From Candidatus Magasanikiibacteriota bacterium (GTDB taxonomy: Bacteria > Patescibacteriota > Patescibacteriia > Magasanikbacterales > 2-02-FULL-50-9b), in contig JAHFHU010000002.1 of NCBI GenBank assembly GCA_023246755.1, forward strand, positions 3,702 to 67,701: a stretch of DNA of 64,000 nucleotides, read 5' to 3'. Of this stretch, positions 27,746-38,265 are shown one piece after another (position 1 is the stretch's first letter; each line of letters begins with the position of its first letter). The notes beneath the pieces are model-generated. The model made no database searches and had not been told where the DNA came from. It worked only from the letters and a program-made list of their open reading frames with translations. Position numbers and translations under genes: made by a program.

Positions 27746-28749
27746 ATTTTTCGAACAATTATTAACAATTCATCCGCAATTTGTCCCCAGCTGTGGGTAA
27801 AATCATAACTTCGAACTTGCGCTCGCACGCGTGCATAATTGACGTCATCCACGAGCCACAAAATTTTTGCGGTCATATCATCGATAGACAGTGGATCACA
27901 CAACACCCCAACATTTTTTAATTTTTCCGCGAAACCTGATTCACGCGTCAAAATGAATGGCTTATTGCAACGAATCGCATCGAGAATTACATGTGGCGAA
28001 ACTTCGCCGAGTGACGGCATCACAACCGCATAACACGTTTCAATTTTTTTCATCAACGCATCATGCGAAAGTATGTGGCATGTCTCGAGCGAAATTTCAG
28101 GTTTTATTTCTTGCGCCGCTGCGAACGCTTTTTTAAAAGCTGAAATATTTTTATACACGATGTCACGCGTTGCAAAAATAAAATTTTTTGTAACCATGGG
28201 CTTATCACAAATTTTTTTATCAAAACGATTTTCAACGATAAAAATTTTCTGCGCCGCCAAATTATAAGGCTGCAAAAAAATATCACGCTGCCACTCTGTT
28301 GAAAATATAAGCGCGCTTACATTGCGCAGTGTCCACCGCGTCAACGCAAAAATTATTTTTTCTTTGCGTGAAAATGCGCGCGGCTCTAAATAAAATTTTG
28401 AGAGTAAAATCGATTCACCGGTGCGTTCAACAAATTGTTCGTATAAGAAATCACCGCCCGTGCGCAAAATAATTTTTCGGCCGAAAATTTTTGCTGCAAC
28501 CGTTGCGGGCCAACCAACGCTGAACGTGTCGAGCGCCACAACAAAATCCGCAGGTGCGATTCTCGACGCGACGCGCAAAAAATACAAAAAATGACGCGCA
28601 GCCGCAGGTAAGGCGCGCTCAAGCCGTCCGTACGTGACGACCGAAACGTGATGGCCACGCGCACCAAATTCGGCCTCCAACGCGGCCGCGTATTGTGCAG
28701 GCCCGCTGGTTGCCGGCGGGTAGATGCCGGTTGCGATACAAATTCGCAT
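27742..28749 (-). CDS. GT4-like glycosyltransferase
   Basis: IATGIYPP..GPA, PSLGEVSPHVILDA. Confidence 0.8.
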   Translation of the reverse strand: MRICIATGIYPPATSGPAQYAAALEAEFGARGHHVSVVTYGRLERALPAAARHFLYFLRVASRIAPADFVVALDTFSVGWPATVAAKIFGRKIILRTGGDFLYEQFVERTGESILLSKFYLEPRAFSRKEKIIFALTRWTLRNVSALIFSTEWQRDIFLQPYNLAAQKIFIVENRFDKKICDKPMVTKNFIFATRDIVYKNISAFKKAFAAAQEIKPEISLETCHILSHDALMKKIETCYAVVMPSLGEVSPHVILDAIRCNKPFILTRESGFAEKLKNVGVLCDPLSIDDMTAKILWLVDDVNYARVRAQVRSYDFTHSWGQIADELLIIVRKI

Positions 28750-28808
28750 ATATGAGGCATCTTACTGCAATTGCCCCATAAAATCAAGGCTGGTATACTG
28801 GCCGCCAT

Positions 28809-29651
28809 ATGTTAATTGGTGCACATGTTTCAATGGCTGGCGGCGTGCAAAATGCTCCGGACAACGCAGGCGCGATCGGTGCCGAGTGTTTTCAGATGTT
28901 CACGCGCTCGCCGCAAGGTGGGCCGGCGCCCAAACTCACCCCCGAAATCATCGCGGATTTTTTGGCGCGCTGTAAACAACACAAAATCACCGAGTGGGTT
29001 GTGCACGCGCCGTATTACATCAACCTTGCGTCGGAAAAAGAGTCACTGCAAAAATCATCGGTGCGTGTTTTGCGCGAAGAGTTGGACCGCGATTCGCTCC
29101 TGCACGCAAAATATATGATGTTCCACCCGGGCAGCGCAAAAAATGTTGGCGCGGCGGCGGGCATCAAGTTTTCAATCGAAAATTGCCGACGCATTCTTGA
29201 TGGCTATGATGGACACACCGAGTTGCTCCTCGAAATTTCCGCGGGCGCCGGCGACGTTATTGGCGCAAATTTTGAAATTGTTGGTGAAATTTTGGCCGGC
29301 GTTGACGCGGACAAATCTTTGGCGCAAAAAATGAATGTGTGTTTCGATACGCAACACGCATTTGGTTCTGGATATGATTTGCGCGACGCGACGGCTGTTG
29401 ACGCGACGTTCAAAAAATTCGACAAGTTAATTGGCCTCTCGCGTTTAAAAATGTCGCACTGCAATGATTCGAAAATCGAGCTCGGCGGCCACAAAGATCG
29501 GCACGAGCATATCGGGGAAGGGTTGATCGGTGCGGCCGGTTTCAAAGCGATTTTGCACCACCCAAAATTGCAGCATATCAATTTATATTGCGAAACCGAG
29601 GGCACAAAAGTCGCCGACGATATCAAAAAATTAAAAAAGATGCGTGGATGA
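28809..29651 (+). CDS. nfo: endonuclease IV
   Basis: IGAHVS, HAPYYINLAS, FHPGS, CFDTQH, HCNDS, DRHEHIGEG. Confidence 0.95.
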   Translation: MLIGAHVSMAGGVQNAPDNAGAIGAECFQMFTRSPQGGPAPKLTPEIIADFLARCKQHKITEWVVHAPYYINLASEKESLQKSSVRVLREELDRDSLLHAKYMMFHPGSAKNVGAAAGIKFSIENCRRILDGYDGHTELLLEISAGAGDVIGANFEIVGEILAGVDADKSLAQKMNVCFDTQHAFGSGYDLRDATAVDATFKKFDKLIGLSRLKMSHCNDSKIELGGHKDRHEHIGEGLIGAAGFKAILHHPKLQHINLYCETEGTKVADDIKKLKKMRG

Positions 29652-29868
29652 TATGAAAATTTCCGTGCGCGTTATTGCACATGCGAAACACAATTTAGTT
29701 GAAATCCAGCCCGATGGCTCATATCGTGTGCGGGTAACTGCGGCACCAACTGACGGAAAAGCAAATATAGCCGTGACGACCGCGCTTGCAAAATTTTTTG
29801 GATGTGCGAAATCGAATATTAAATTAATTTCTGGGGCAACGGCAAAAAATAAAGTTTTCCAGATTTAA
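29644..29868 (+). CDS. DUF167/YggU family protein
   Basis: VTAAPTDGKAN..LAKFF..I.LISG.T.K.K. Confidence 0.85.
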   Translation: MDDMKISVRVIAHAKHNLVEIQPDGSYRVRVTAAPTDGKANIAVTTALAKFFGCAKSNIKLISGATAKNKVFQI

Positions 29869-29890
29869 ACACATTAATTACCCAATATAA

Positions 29891-30145
29891 CTAAGCAAGA
29901 TCCTCCCCCCCGCGCGTAAATGGATTACATCTCAAAATTCTCCACAAGGCTCGCGCCCAACCGCCAAAAAAACCATATTTTAAAATTGCGAGGCGGCCGT
30001 ATTCGCTGCACGACGGCGAAAATTTGCAATAACCCGCAGGAAACGCGGCACGAAAAAAACCGTGGTCAGGCGAAATTGTTTTCTGATAGAGCCAAATGCC
30101 GAACACGCTTGCGCGCTGGGGCATCGACACAACAAAACGAATCAT
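29891..30145 (-). CDS. yidD: membrane protein insertion efficiency factor
   Basis: YQKTISP, CKFSPSCSEY, RILRCNP; follows rnpA. Confidence 0.92.
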   Translation of the reverse strand: MIRFVVSMPQRASVFGIWLYQKTISPDHGFFRAAFPAGYCKFSPSCSEYGRLAILKYGFFGGWARALWRILRCNPFTRGGEDLA

Positions 30146-30501
30146 ATTTTCCCCCGCGCCACAATCCCGACGCGTTCAAAAAAAATTTTAAAAAACTCTC
30201 GCCGCCGATCGTCCTCAACTCGAACAGCCGCGGCTCTAATCATCACAACCACATCGAGCGCACCGTTCATTGCACCACGCTCAACCGCAACACGCAACAC
30301 ATCGCGCGCCTGCCGCTTCACCCGATTGCGCACCACAGCCAGTTTTGAAACACCTCCCGCAACGATCACGCATACACGCGGCCGCCCCAGCGTATTGCCC
30401 GACACATACAAAGAACACTCGGGACAGCTAAACCGCTTTCCGAGTTTCAAAACCCGTTTAATATCCTTATCAGCTGCAATGCGAAATTCGCGTGCAAGCA
30501 T
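30142..30501 (-). CDS. rnpA: ribonuclease P protein component
   Basis: AVVRNRVKR RNR motif; synteny with rpmH. Confidence 0.9.
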   Translation of the reverse strand: MLAREFRIAADKDIKRVLKLGKRFSCPECSLYVSGNTLGRPRVCVIVAGGVSKLAVVRNRVKRQARDVLRVAVERGAMNGALDVVVMIRAAAVRVEDDRRREFFKIFFERVGIVARGKI

Positions 30502-30513
30502 GTCAGGGTAAAA

Positions 30514-30663
30514 TTATTTTTCCGAAGAAACCGTGAGCTTCGTGCGGCCCTTTGTTCGGCGACGTGCCAAAACCTTACGGCCGTTTTTTGTGCTCATACG
30601 CTCGCGAAAACCGTGTGTTTTTGCGCGCTTTCGCTTCTTTGGTTGATATGTTCGCTTTGGCAT
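30514..30663 (-). CDS. rpmH: 50S ribosomal protein L34 (absent from ORF track)
   Basis: Translates to [49 protein letters not shown]. Confidence 0.97.
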   Translation of the reverse strand: MPKRTYQPKKRKRAKTHGFRERMSTKNGRKVLARRRTKGRTKLTVSSEK

Positions 30664-30728
30664 AGTAATAAGTAGAAGGATTATAGCGGATTAGCTCAAT
30701 CTTGTCGACCCCCCAACACACCAAAGAG

Positions 30729-30778
30729 TTTTCAACAGATTTTCCACAAGTTATACACAAAATATACACTTATCCACA
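30729..30778 (+). promoter_or_regulatory. DnaA-box cluster upstream of dnaA
   Basis: TTTTCAACA, TTTTCCACA, TTATACACA, TTATCCACA. Confidence 0.85.
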
Positions 30779-30822
30779 GTTGCTAACTGTGTTATATTAC
30801 CACCACTTCACCGAAAGACCCT

Positions 30823-32301
30823 ATGACACCACACGAATTATGGCACGCCGTACTCGGCGAGCTCGAATTAACGCTAAGCCAAGCCAATTTTAAGACGTGG
30901 TTCGGACAATCACAGCTGCAGAGCTTTGAACATGGGTCAGTTACGATCACCGTTCCGAATGGGGTTGCAAAGCAATGGCTTGAAAACAAATATCAAAAAC
31001 AGATAATTCACTCCATTGAGCGAATTCTTGAGCAGCCTGTTCAAAAAATAATTTTCAAGATCGAATCGCCCGCAAAACCAAGCCTCGCTGGATTTATTTC
31101 TCAAGAAATTGCGCCGCCAGCACCAACACAAACGCAGCCGCAGCAAACCCAACAAAATCAATACTTTGCACCTACACAACCACAACAAAAATCTCAATTC
31201 ATCACGCGCGCCGATGCGCCGCCATCGATGCAAACAACGGTCACCGAACGCATCGAAGCAAAAAATAAGTTTGGTCTCAACCCGCGTTACACATTTGAAA
31301 CGTTCATTGTTGGCAAAACCAACGAACTCGCGCATGCGGCCGCACAAGCAATCGCAAATCGTCCGGGCGAGGTCTACAATCCGCTCTTCATATATGGTGG
31401 CGTTGGACTCGGAAAAACCCACCTTATCCAAGCGATCGGCAACCGAATCTCCGCAAACGACCCAAACGTTCGAATTCTCTACATCTCATCAGAACGCTTT
31501 ACCAATGAATTTGTTGCTGCAATTCGCTCGGGCAGCATTAAACAATTTAAGGAAACATACCGCGGCATAGACCTTCTCCTCATCGATGACATCCAATTTA
31601 TCGCGGGAAAAACCGAAACGCAAGAGGAGTTTTTTCACACATTTAACGAACTACACCAAGCAAATAAACAGATTGTGATGACCTCCGATCGTCCGCCCAA
31701 GGCAATTCCGGGTCTCGAAGATCGTCTCCGGTCACGTTTTGAGTGGGGCATGATTGCGGATGTTGCGTCACCGGACCTTGAAACACGTGTTGCGATTCTC
31801 GAGTCAAAATGCGCTGAAAAAAAATGCAGCCTTTCAAAAGAGCTTTTGCAAGTAATCGCAACGCTGGTTAAAAGCAACATCCGAGAACTCGAGGGCGCGC
31901 TCAATAAAATTCTCGCACACCATCAACTCCGCGGCGAAAGTCCCTCAGTTGATTCAGTCAAAACGCTTTTATCAAGCTATGATGAGCAATCGTACAGGAA
32001 ATCACTAACCCCAAAGGAGCTCACCACGATTGTTTCGCAATATTTCGACGTGAGTATTGATGAACTCATGAGCCCAAACCGAGAAAAACGACTTGCGTTT
32101 CCTCGTCAAATCATCATGTATCTCTTGCGTGAGGAGTTAAAGTGTTCATTTCCATCGATCGGGCAGGAACTTGGTGGCCGCGACCACACCACCGCGATGC
32201 ACGCGTACGAAAAAATTACGCGCGAGCTTGAAAATGATATGAAGCTCAAACAGGATATCGCGGCCATCCGCCAGCGGTTATACACAATTGCACATGGATA
32301 A
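30823..32301 (+). CDS. dnaA: chromosomal replication initiator DnaA
   Basis: YNPLFIYGGVGLGKTHL, LLIDDIQF, RELEGAL, GGRDHTT. Confidence 0.99.
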   Translation: MTPHELWHAVLGELELTLSQANFKTWFGQSQLQSFEHGSVTITVPNGVAKQWLENKYQKQIIHSIERILEQPVQKIIFKIESPAKPSLAGFISQEIAPPAPTQTQPQQTQQNQYFAPTQPQQKSQFITRADAPPSMQTTVTERIEAKNKFGLNPRYTFETFIVGKTNELAHAAAQAIANRPGEVYNPLFIYGGVGLGKTHLIQAIGNRISANDPNVRILYISSERFTNEFVAAIRSGSIKQFKETYRGIDLLLIDDIQFIAGKTETQEEFFHTFNELHQANKQIVMTSDRPPKAIPGLEDRLRSRFEWGMIADVASPDLETRVAILESKCAEKKCSLSKELLQVIATLVKSNIRELEGALNKILAHHQLRGESPSVDSVKTLLSSYDEQSYRKSLTPKELTTIVSQYFDVSIDELMSPNREKRLAFPRQIIMYLLREELKCSFPSIGQELGGRDHTTAMHAYEKITRELENDMKLKQDIAAIRQRLYTIAHG

Positions 32302-32575
32302 GTTGCGGATAGACTCTGGACAAGTTCTTTATAAGTTCCGCAAAACCTGTTACAAAGTACGTGGATATCGTGGTGGATAACTCGTATTTTATACACAGAA
32401 ACTCCACACGCAAATTGCATACACCAACATATACACCGTTCATGCGGAATTCACGCACAGGCGATGTGCACCGGTGGATTGTCTGTATAACCGCATGGTT
32501 GCGCGCTCAAAAAGGCCTTATCCACTTTTCCACCGCCCCTACTACTATTACTAGAAATACATAAAGAAACAGAAT
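32278..32575. other. oriC (dnaA-dnaN intergenic)
   Basis: Many DnaA-box-like 9-mers; tandem boxes TTATCCACT/TTTTCCACC (32518-32534), GCCC, then DnaA-trios CTACTACTATTACTA (32539-32553); GC-skew switch. Confidence 0.9.
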
Positions 32576-33691
32576 ATGAAATTCACGTGTACTAAAGAAA
32601 ATTTTTTACAAGGAATTCAAGCAGTCTCTTCGATTACCGGAAAGCAAGTTCACTTACCGATACTCAACAACATTTTATTATTAGCAGAACCAACAGGTCT
32701 CAAAGCGATCGGAACAAATCTGGAACTTTCTATCGTTGCAACAATTCGTGGTAAGGTTGAGATTGCCGGAACCTTTACTGTTCCTGCTAAGATGCTCGTT
32801 GAATATATTTCGCTGCTTCCGAATGAAGCGCATATCGATTGTGAATTAGATGGCGTTGAGTTGATTTTGAAATCAGGTCGTCAGCGTACGAAAATGAAGG
32901 GCGCGCCTGCGACGGATTTCCCCGCTGTGCCGCCGGTTGAAAAAAACAATGAACTTGTTTTTCCCGCGGATCGTTTAAAGCGCGCGCTTCAACGTGTACT
33001 CATGTCGGTTTCGCACAGTGAAGTTCGACCAGAGCTGCAAGGTGTTCTGCTTTTTTCAGAAAATACGGATCAGTTGCGTGCGACGCTTGCTTCAACCGAT
33101 AGCTACCGTCTTTCGGAAGTGCACGTTGAATTACTCAATCAATCGAGTGTCGCGGTGCGCGTTATTATTCCGCAAAAAGCTGCACAGGAAATCCACAGAC
33201 TTCTCCCCAACTCAAATGAACCGACCGCTCTCGTGCTCGGCGAGGGTCAGATTTCATGTGTGATTGGCGACGTTCATCTTGTTTCGCGACTGATCGATGG
33301 GACTTATCCCGATTATCGACAGATTATCCCCAAGACATGGAATACTGAATTGAAAGCGCCTGTTGAAGAAACGCTCAAGGCGATTAAAGCCGCCTCACTT
33401 TTTGCAACACAGGGTGTGAGCGCGGTTTCGCTCGAGCTCAAACCAGCTTCGGAAATTCTCAACATCACATCCGCCTCAACGCAGGCTGGCGAACACTCGG
33501 CTGACATTTCGGTTGAAGGCGTCGGGGTTGATAATAAAGTTATTTTGAACCATCGTTTTTTGGTTGATGGGCTTTTGTCGGTCGACGATGAGCGGGTAAT
33601 TTTAAAAGTGGTGAATAGTGAGTCGCCGTGTTTGCTGCAACCGGAAAAAACAGATGATTATTTATATATCATCATGCCGATTCGCCAATAA
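32576..33691 (+). CDS. dnaN: DNA polymerase III beta clamp
   Basis: LPILNNIL, TNLE, STDSYRL, GTYPDY, IIMPIR. Confidence 0.97.
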   Translation: MKFTCTKENFLQGIQAVSSITGKQVHLPILNNILLLAEPTGLKAIGTNLELSIVATIRGKVEIAGTFTVPAKMLVEYISLLPNEAHIDCELDGVELILKSGRQRTKMKGAPATDFPAVPPVEKNNELVFPADRLKRALQRVLMSVSHSEVRPELQGVLLFSENTDQLRATLASTDSYRLSEVHVELLNQSSVAVRVIIPQKAAQEIHRLLPNSNEPTALVLGEGQISCVIGDVHLVSRLIDGTYPDYRQIIPKTWNTELKAPVEETLKAIKAASLFATQGVSAVSLELKPASEILNITSASTQAGEHSADISVEGVGVDNKVILNHRFLVDGLLSVDDERVILKVVNSESPCLLQPEKTDDYLYIIMPIRQ

Positions 33692-33700
33692 TTTACAATT

Positions 33701-33746
33701 AAAAAACGCACCATCTTTGTTCGAATACAAAATTGGTGCGCTTTTT
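33701..33746. terminator. bidirectional terminator after dnaN
   Basis: A-tract, GCACCA..TGGTGC stem, T-tract between convergent genes. Confidence 0.6.
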
Positions 33747-33749
33747 ATT

Positions 33750-34238
33750 TTATTCAATGATCTGAACTCGGGTGTGTTTGACGCCGAAATGTTTTGCTGA
33801 TGCACGCGATGGCATCCACACGTCGAAACGACCTGACTCGTAGCGCGCGTTCATGCGATCGTTGACGGTGAAGACCTTGTCTCCGAAAATGTCGGGAATA
33901 CGAATTTTTGTGTTATACGGAAGCCAGTTTGCTGCGATCAACCCGTCGTACACGCGCTTACCATTTGAAGTGATAAAGGGTGTGTCGTCGGTTTGATCAG
34001 GGCTTGATGAGTATGCGGTCGCGGTGACGGTGATTGTTCGTTTAATCGTCACAAGCGACGGGGTACTTGGAGGCTCATCTCCTGAAAGCTCCACCGTTGC
34101 GTGATCAAAATCAGGTGTTTCAATTGTTTGGGCGCGAACAACCTGTGGTTTGATAGAATGGACGATGAGTGCAGCAAATACAGCACAAATAACAAGTTTT
34201 TCCGCTCTGTTAAGCTGTTTTATTGTTGTTGATCTCAT
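33750..34238 (-). CDS. 3D-domain (MltA-like) cell-wall protein
   Basis: TATAYSS, TDDTPFIT, IAAN.LP, VNDRM, FDVWM. Confidence 0.85.
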   Translation of the reverse strand: MRSTTIKQLNRAEKLVICAVFAALIVHSIKPQVVRAQTIETPDFDHATVELSGDEPPSTPSLVTIKRTITVTATAYSSSPDQTDDTPFITSNGKRVYDGLIAANWLPYNTKIRIPDIFGDKVFTVNDRMNARYESGRFDVWMPSRASAKHFGVKHTRVQIIE

Positions 34239-34336
34239 AGTTTTGAGGAAGTAAATAGTATCACAAAACCTCGTTTTTGTCAACGGGCCCGCTTTCTGCT
34301 ACCGTTAGAAGCGAGAATCTTTGTTTTTAATGTTAC

Positions 34337-36871
34337 ATGCAGAAAAAAAATAAAATCTTCAAAGAAAAAATTGTTAGATTGGGCGTTACGAATCACAACA
34401 GTCTTTGGAGTAAATTTCGCCATAATTTTACAATCGGTCGCCTATTGGGCGTTGCCGCAATTTTTTCGATTATCGGATTTTTTTGCATTACGATTTTTAT
34501 CGCGTGGCTCACCCGAGATTTACCAGATCCTGATCATCTACAAGATCGTGTCATCGTCGAAAGCACAAAAATGTTTGATCGAACGGGCAAGCATCTTTTG
34601 TATGAGTTGTACGATGAAAAAAAACGCACGGTGGTTGATGTTGCCGCGCTTCCCCGCTATATCATCGACGCGACTATTTCAATTGAAGACGCTCATTTTT
34701 ACGAGCACAAGGGTATTCGGTGGACAAGTTTGGTTCGTGCGATTGTTTCAGATGTGCTGCGTTTATCGAGTGGTCGCGGTGGCGCATCGACGTTGACCCA
34801 GCAACTCGTGAAAAACGCAATTTTGACGAATGAAAAAAGTTTGACGCGTAAAATTAAAGAAGGAATTCTCGCGTTGCAGATCGAGCGTATTTATTCGAAA
34901 GATCAAATTTTGAAATTATATTTCAACGAAATTCCATATGGTTCAACAAATTATGGCATTGAATCTGCGGCGCAAGCATATTTTGGGAAGTCGGCAAAAA
35001 ATTTAACACTCGCGGAAGCTGCTACCGTTGCTGCGATGCCACAGGCGCCGACGCGCTATTTGCAAAACCCAAAATTACTGCGTGGTCGACGTGACTACAT
35101 TCTTACAAAAATGCGCGAATATAATTATATAACCGAAGCACAGATGCAGGACGCGCAATCGCAAACTTCGGATGTGCACGTGGTTCAGGCAACATCAATC
35201 GCGCCGCACTTTGTGATGTATATCAAAGAGCAGTTGGTAAATGCGTATGGCGAAAAAAAGGTTGATCAGGGTGGGCTTCGAGTTACGACAACGCTTGATT
35301 TTGATGCGCAGGTTGCGGCAAACGCTGCGGTCGCACACGGAGTTGATGCGGCGGAAAAAAAATACGGTGCGACAAACGGCGCGCTGCTTTCGGTCGATGC
35401 GACAAACGGCGATATTTTGGCGATGGTTGGGTCGCGAAATTTTTCAGACGACGCACACGGCGGGCAATTTAACGTCGTAACACAGGGGGTTCGTCAGCCA
35501 GGCTCGTCGTTTAAACCAATTGTGTATTCCGCTGTGTTTGAAAAGGGTTTTCCCCCGGAAACGGTTTTGTTCGATGTTGAAACAGATTTTCCGTATGATG
35601 GAAAAACGTATCATCCACACAATTACGATGGCGCGACGCGCGGGCCTGTCACGATGCGACAGGCGCTTCAGGGCTCGCTTAATATTCCTGCAGTGAAAGC
35701 TGTTTTTCTTGTTGGCATCGACGGCGCGCTTGATTTTGCGCAACGACTCGGCTACACGACGTTTGGAGATCGATCACAATTTGGGCCTTCGGTTGTGCTC
35801 GGCGGCGGCGGTGTGCGTTTGATTGAGCATGTGCGTGCGTTTGACGCGTTTGCAAACGGAGGCAAGATGAATGAGCTGTTCGGAATTTTGAAAGTCGAAG
35901 ACCATAGCGGAGCCGACATCACGCCAAAGAAAAAAGATGCAAAACAGGTTTTGTCCCCCGAGCTTGCGGCGACAATTTCGAGTGTGCTTTCGGATAATCC
36001 GTCGCGCGCATATATTTTTGGAGAGAAAAATCATTTAACGTTGGGCGATCGGCCGGTTGCGGCAAAGACGGGTACGACGAATGACTATCATGACGCATGG
36101 ACCATGGGTTACACACCGCAAATTGTGACCGGTGTTTGGGTTGGAAACAACGATAATTCGGTGATGAAGCGCGGCGCGGACGGATCTGTGGTCGCAGCGC
36201 CAATCTGGCAAGAGTTTATGGCGGCCGCGACAAAAAAATTGCCGATCGTTTCGTTTCCTGACGCGCCCGCGAATGTCGCAACTAATCCGATGCTGCAAGG
36301 TTTGGTTGGTGGCGGAATTACCGTTGCGATTGATACCGTGACGGGTAAACGCGCGACTGAATTTACGCCGCCCGAAACAACGATTAAAAAAGTTTTTATT
36401 CCTGCGCACGATATTTTATTTTACGTCAATCCGGAAGATCCGCTGGGCGCTTCGCCGAGTGATCCGTCGGTGCACCCTGAATATGCCGCATGGGAGGCGG
36501 GTGTTCAAAAGTGGGTTGCCGCAAAAGCCGGAAGTGGAACCGTATTTGGTGAGCCGCCAACAGAATTTGATGACGTTCATAAAAAAGAATTTCAGCCGGT
36601 TATTTTAATTACCGCGCCGCAAGCCGGCGGTTCGGTTAGCGGTTCAATTATTGTGCCACAAGTTACGGTGACGTCTGTGCGTGGCGTTCAGCGCGTTGAA
36701 TATCGAATTGATGGGCAGCTCGTTGGAACCGTTAATTCGTTTCCGTATACTTTAACGATCCCCGCGGCAGGAATCAAGCAGGGCATCCACACACTCGAAG
36801 TTTCAGCGTTTGACGATGTTGGAAATAAGTCCGTGCAGAGTCTAGAGTTTCATTATTCCGAGAACGGATAG
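34337..36871 (+). CDS. class A penicillin-binding protein with C-terminal Ig-like domain
   Basis: EDAHFYEH, GASTLTQQLVK, RKIKE, SSFK, SLN, KTGT. Confidence 0.95.
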   Translation: MQKKNKIFKEKIVRLGVTNHNSLWSKFRHNFTIGRLLGVAAIFSIIGFFCITIFIAWLTRDLPDPDHLQDRVIVESTKMFDRTGKHLLYELYDEKKRTVVDVAALPRYIIDATISIEDAHFYEHKGIRWTSLVRAIVSDVLRLSSGRGGASTLTQQLVKNAILTNEKSLTRKIKEGILALQIERIYSKDQILKLYFNEIPYGSTNYGIESAAQAYFGKSAKNLTLAEAATVAAMPQAPTRYLQNPKLLRGRRDYILTKMREYNYITEAQMQDAQSQTSDVHVVQATSIAPHFVMYIKEQLVNAYGEKKVDQGGLRVTTTLDFDAQVAANAAVAHGVDAAEKKYGATNGALLSVDATNGDILAMVGSRNFSDDAHGGQFNVVTQGVRQPGSSFKPIVYSAVFEKGFPPETVLFDVETDFPYDGKTYHPHNYDGATRGPVTMRQALQGSLNIPAVKAVFLVGIDGALDFAQRLGYTTFGDRSQFGPSVVLGGGGVRLIEHVRAFDAFANGGKMNELFGILKVEDHSGADITPKKKDAKQVLSPELAATISSVLSDNPSRAYIFGEKNHLTLGDRPVAAKTGTTNDYHDAWTMGYTPQIVTGVWVGNNDNSVMKRGADGSVVAAPIWQEFMAAATKKLPIVSFPDAPANVATNPMLQGLVGGGITVAIDTVTGKRATEFTPPETTIKKVFIPAHDILFYVNPEDPLGASPSDPSVHPEYAAWEAGVQKWVAAKAGSGTVFGEPPTEFDDVHKKEFQPVILITAPQAGGSVSGSIIVPQVTVTSVRGVQRVEYRIDGQLVGTVNSFPYTLTIPAAGIKQGIHTLEVSAFDDVGNKSVQSLEFHYSENG

Positions 36872-36908
36872 TTGCCGGATCCTGCACCATTCGATAGAAT
36901 AGTGCTGC

Positions 36909-36980
<72 letters not shown>

Positions 36981-37022
36981 TTAAAGCCCCTCACCTTTGC
37001 GGTGAGGTTTTTTAATTCCCGC

Positions 37023-37051
37023 TTGACACTTTGTGCCTTTCGCATTATAAT
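37023..37051 (+). promoter_or_regulatory. consensus sigma70 promoter
   Basis: TTGACA-17-TATAAT. Confidence 0.8.
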
Positions 37052-37146
37052 CTCGCCCACTTGTCTGAAGCCGTGCATGCCCGCTGTGGGTTTGTGAGGT
37101 GGATGCTTTTGCGGACCGCTCCGTGTAGCGGCCGTTGGGTGTATTG

Positions 37147-38085
37147 ATGAATTTCAATCAATTTCCTTCGTTCAAGATCGCGAGCCTCATGGTTCATTTC
37201 AATGATCCAAAGTTTGCGGGTACCAGCTTGGTCGCGTCCAACATCGGCGCTGTGCTGATCGATCGGGTGATTTCGGGCAACATCGTTGCGGTTCCACTTG
37301 GCGAGCAGGCCACGAGCGACGACAAGTCTGGTAAGTTTCTGCTCCAAACTGCAGCACAGATCGTTCTCGAGGGCCAGCCGTTCACCCTGATCACGATGAT
37401 CGGTGATCGCCAAATCGGCGCGCCGTCGGATCACCTCTTCGTTGCGGCCTCTGCGTTCGTCAAAGGAACAGAGGGAAACAACCTCTCGGGCGATCACACG
37501 TTGAGCGACGGCCGCGATGGCGTGCAGCACAGCGCGCTGATCGACAAGGACGGTGTTGTCTTTGCAATGCCGGATGTGCGCGACGTTACGCAGTTTGAGT
37601 TCGGCAACACGTCGTACGCGCTTGCGTTGACCGATAACGCGATCAAACTGGTTGTTGGCGTTCGTGCGGGCAAGGTTCGCTACAGCAACGCTGCGTTGTT
37701 GCAATCGGGTGGCGCGTTGAACCTGCGCGCGGTCGCTTCGATGGGCCGCTTGATCGAGGTTGACGGCGAGAAACGGGCTGTTTCGATTCTCAACATGCGC
37801 ACTCAGCCGGACACGGTTTGCGAACAGGGACAGTTCGTGGTTCTCGAGACTCGTCGGATCGGCGCAAACGGTTTCAAGATGCGCATCATCGGGACCATGA
37901 ACATGGACAGCGGCGTGAAAGTCGCCTACGGGCCGGTGACGGGTGATCCGGAGCGCTTTGCGTTCGGTGCGCAGGACGGCGAGATTCAGCTCACCTTGAC
38001 CCGTGTGGTGCTCGCGGAGATGATTGCGGCGGAAAAACTCAGCGCGCAGCCGCAGCCACAGCCACAGCAGCACATCGGTTTTTAG
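37147..38085 (+). CDS. hypothetical beta-rich protein
   Basis: Long ORF downstream of a consensus promoter; ends QPQPQPQQHIGF; start uncertain. Confidence 0.7.
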   Translation: MNFNQFPSFKIASLMVHFNDPKFAGTSLVASNIGAVLIDRVISGNIVAVPLGEQATSDDKSGKFLLQTAAQIVLEGQPFTLITMIGDRQIGAPSDHLFVAASAFVKGTEGNNLSGDHTLSDGRDGVQHSALIDKDGVVFAMPDVRDVTQFEFGNTSYALALTDNAIKLVVGVRAGKVRYSNAALLQSGGALNLRAVASMGRLIEVDGEKRAVSILNMRTQPDTVCEQGQFVVLETRRIGANGFKMRIIGTMNMDSGVKVAYGPVTGDPERFAFGAQDGEIQLTLTRVVLAEMIAAEKLSAQPQPQPQQHIGF

Positions 38086-38265
38086 TAGCCTCGGCTCAGG
38101 TCCCACGTCGGCCATCGGCTCAGGTCGCCTCTCCACAAAAGAAGTGCGTAGTCGGCAGGGTTTTCTCTGCTGCACACACTTTTTTTGTGGGAGGTGTTTT
38201 TTGTTTATGCGGGCTATGGACAATTTTGAATATATGCCGTATACTTCCTCCCCCCCCCACTTACA

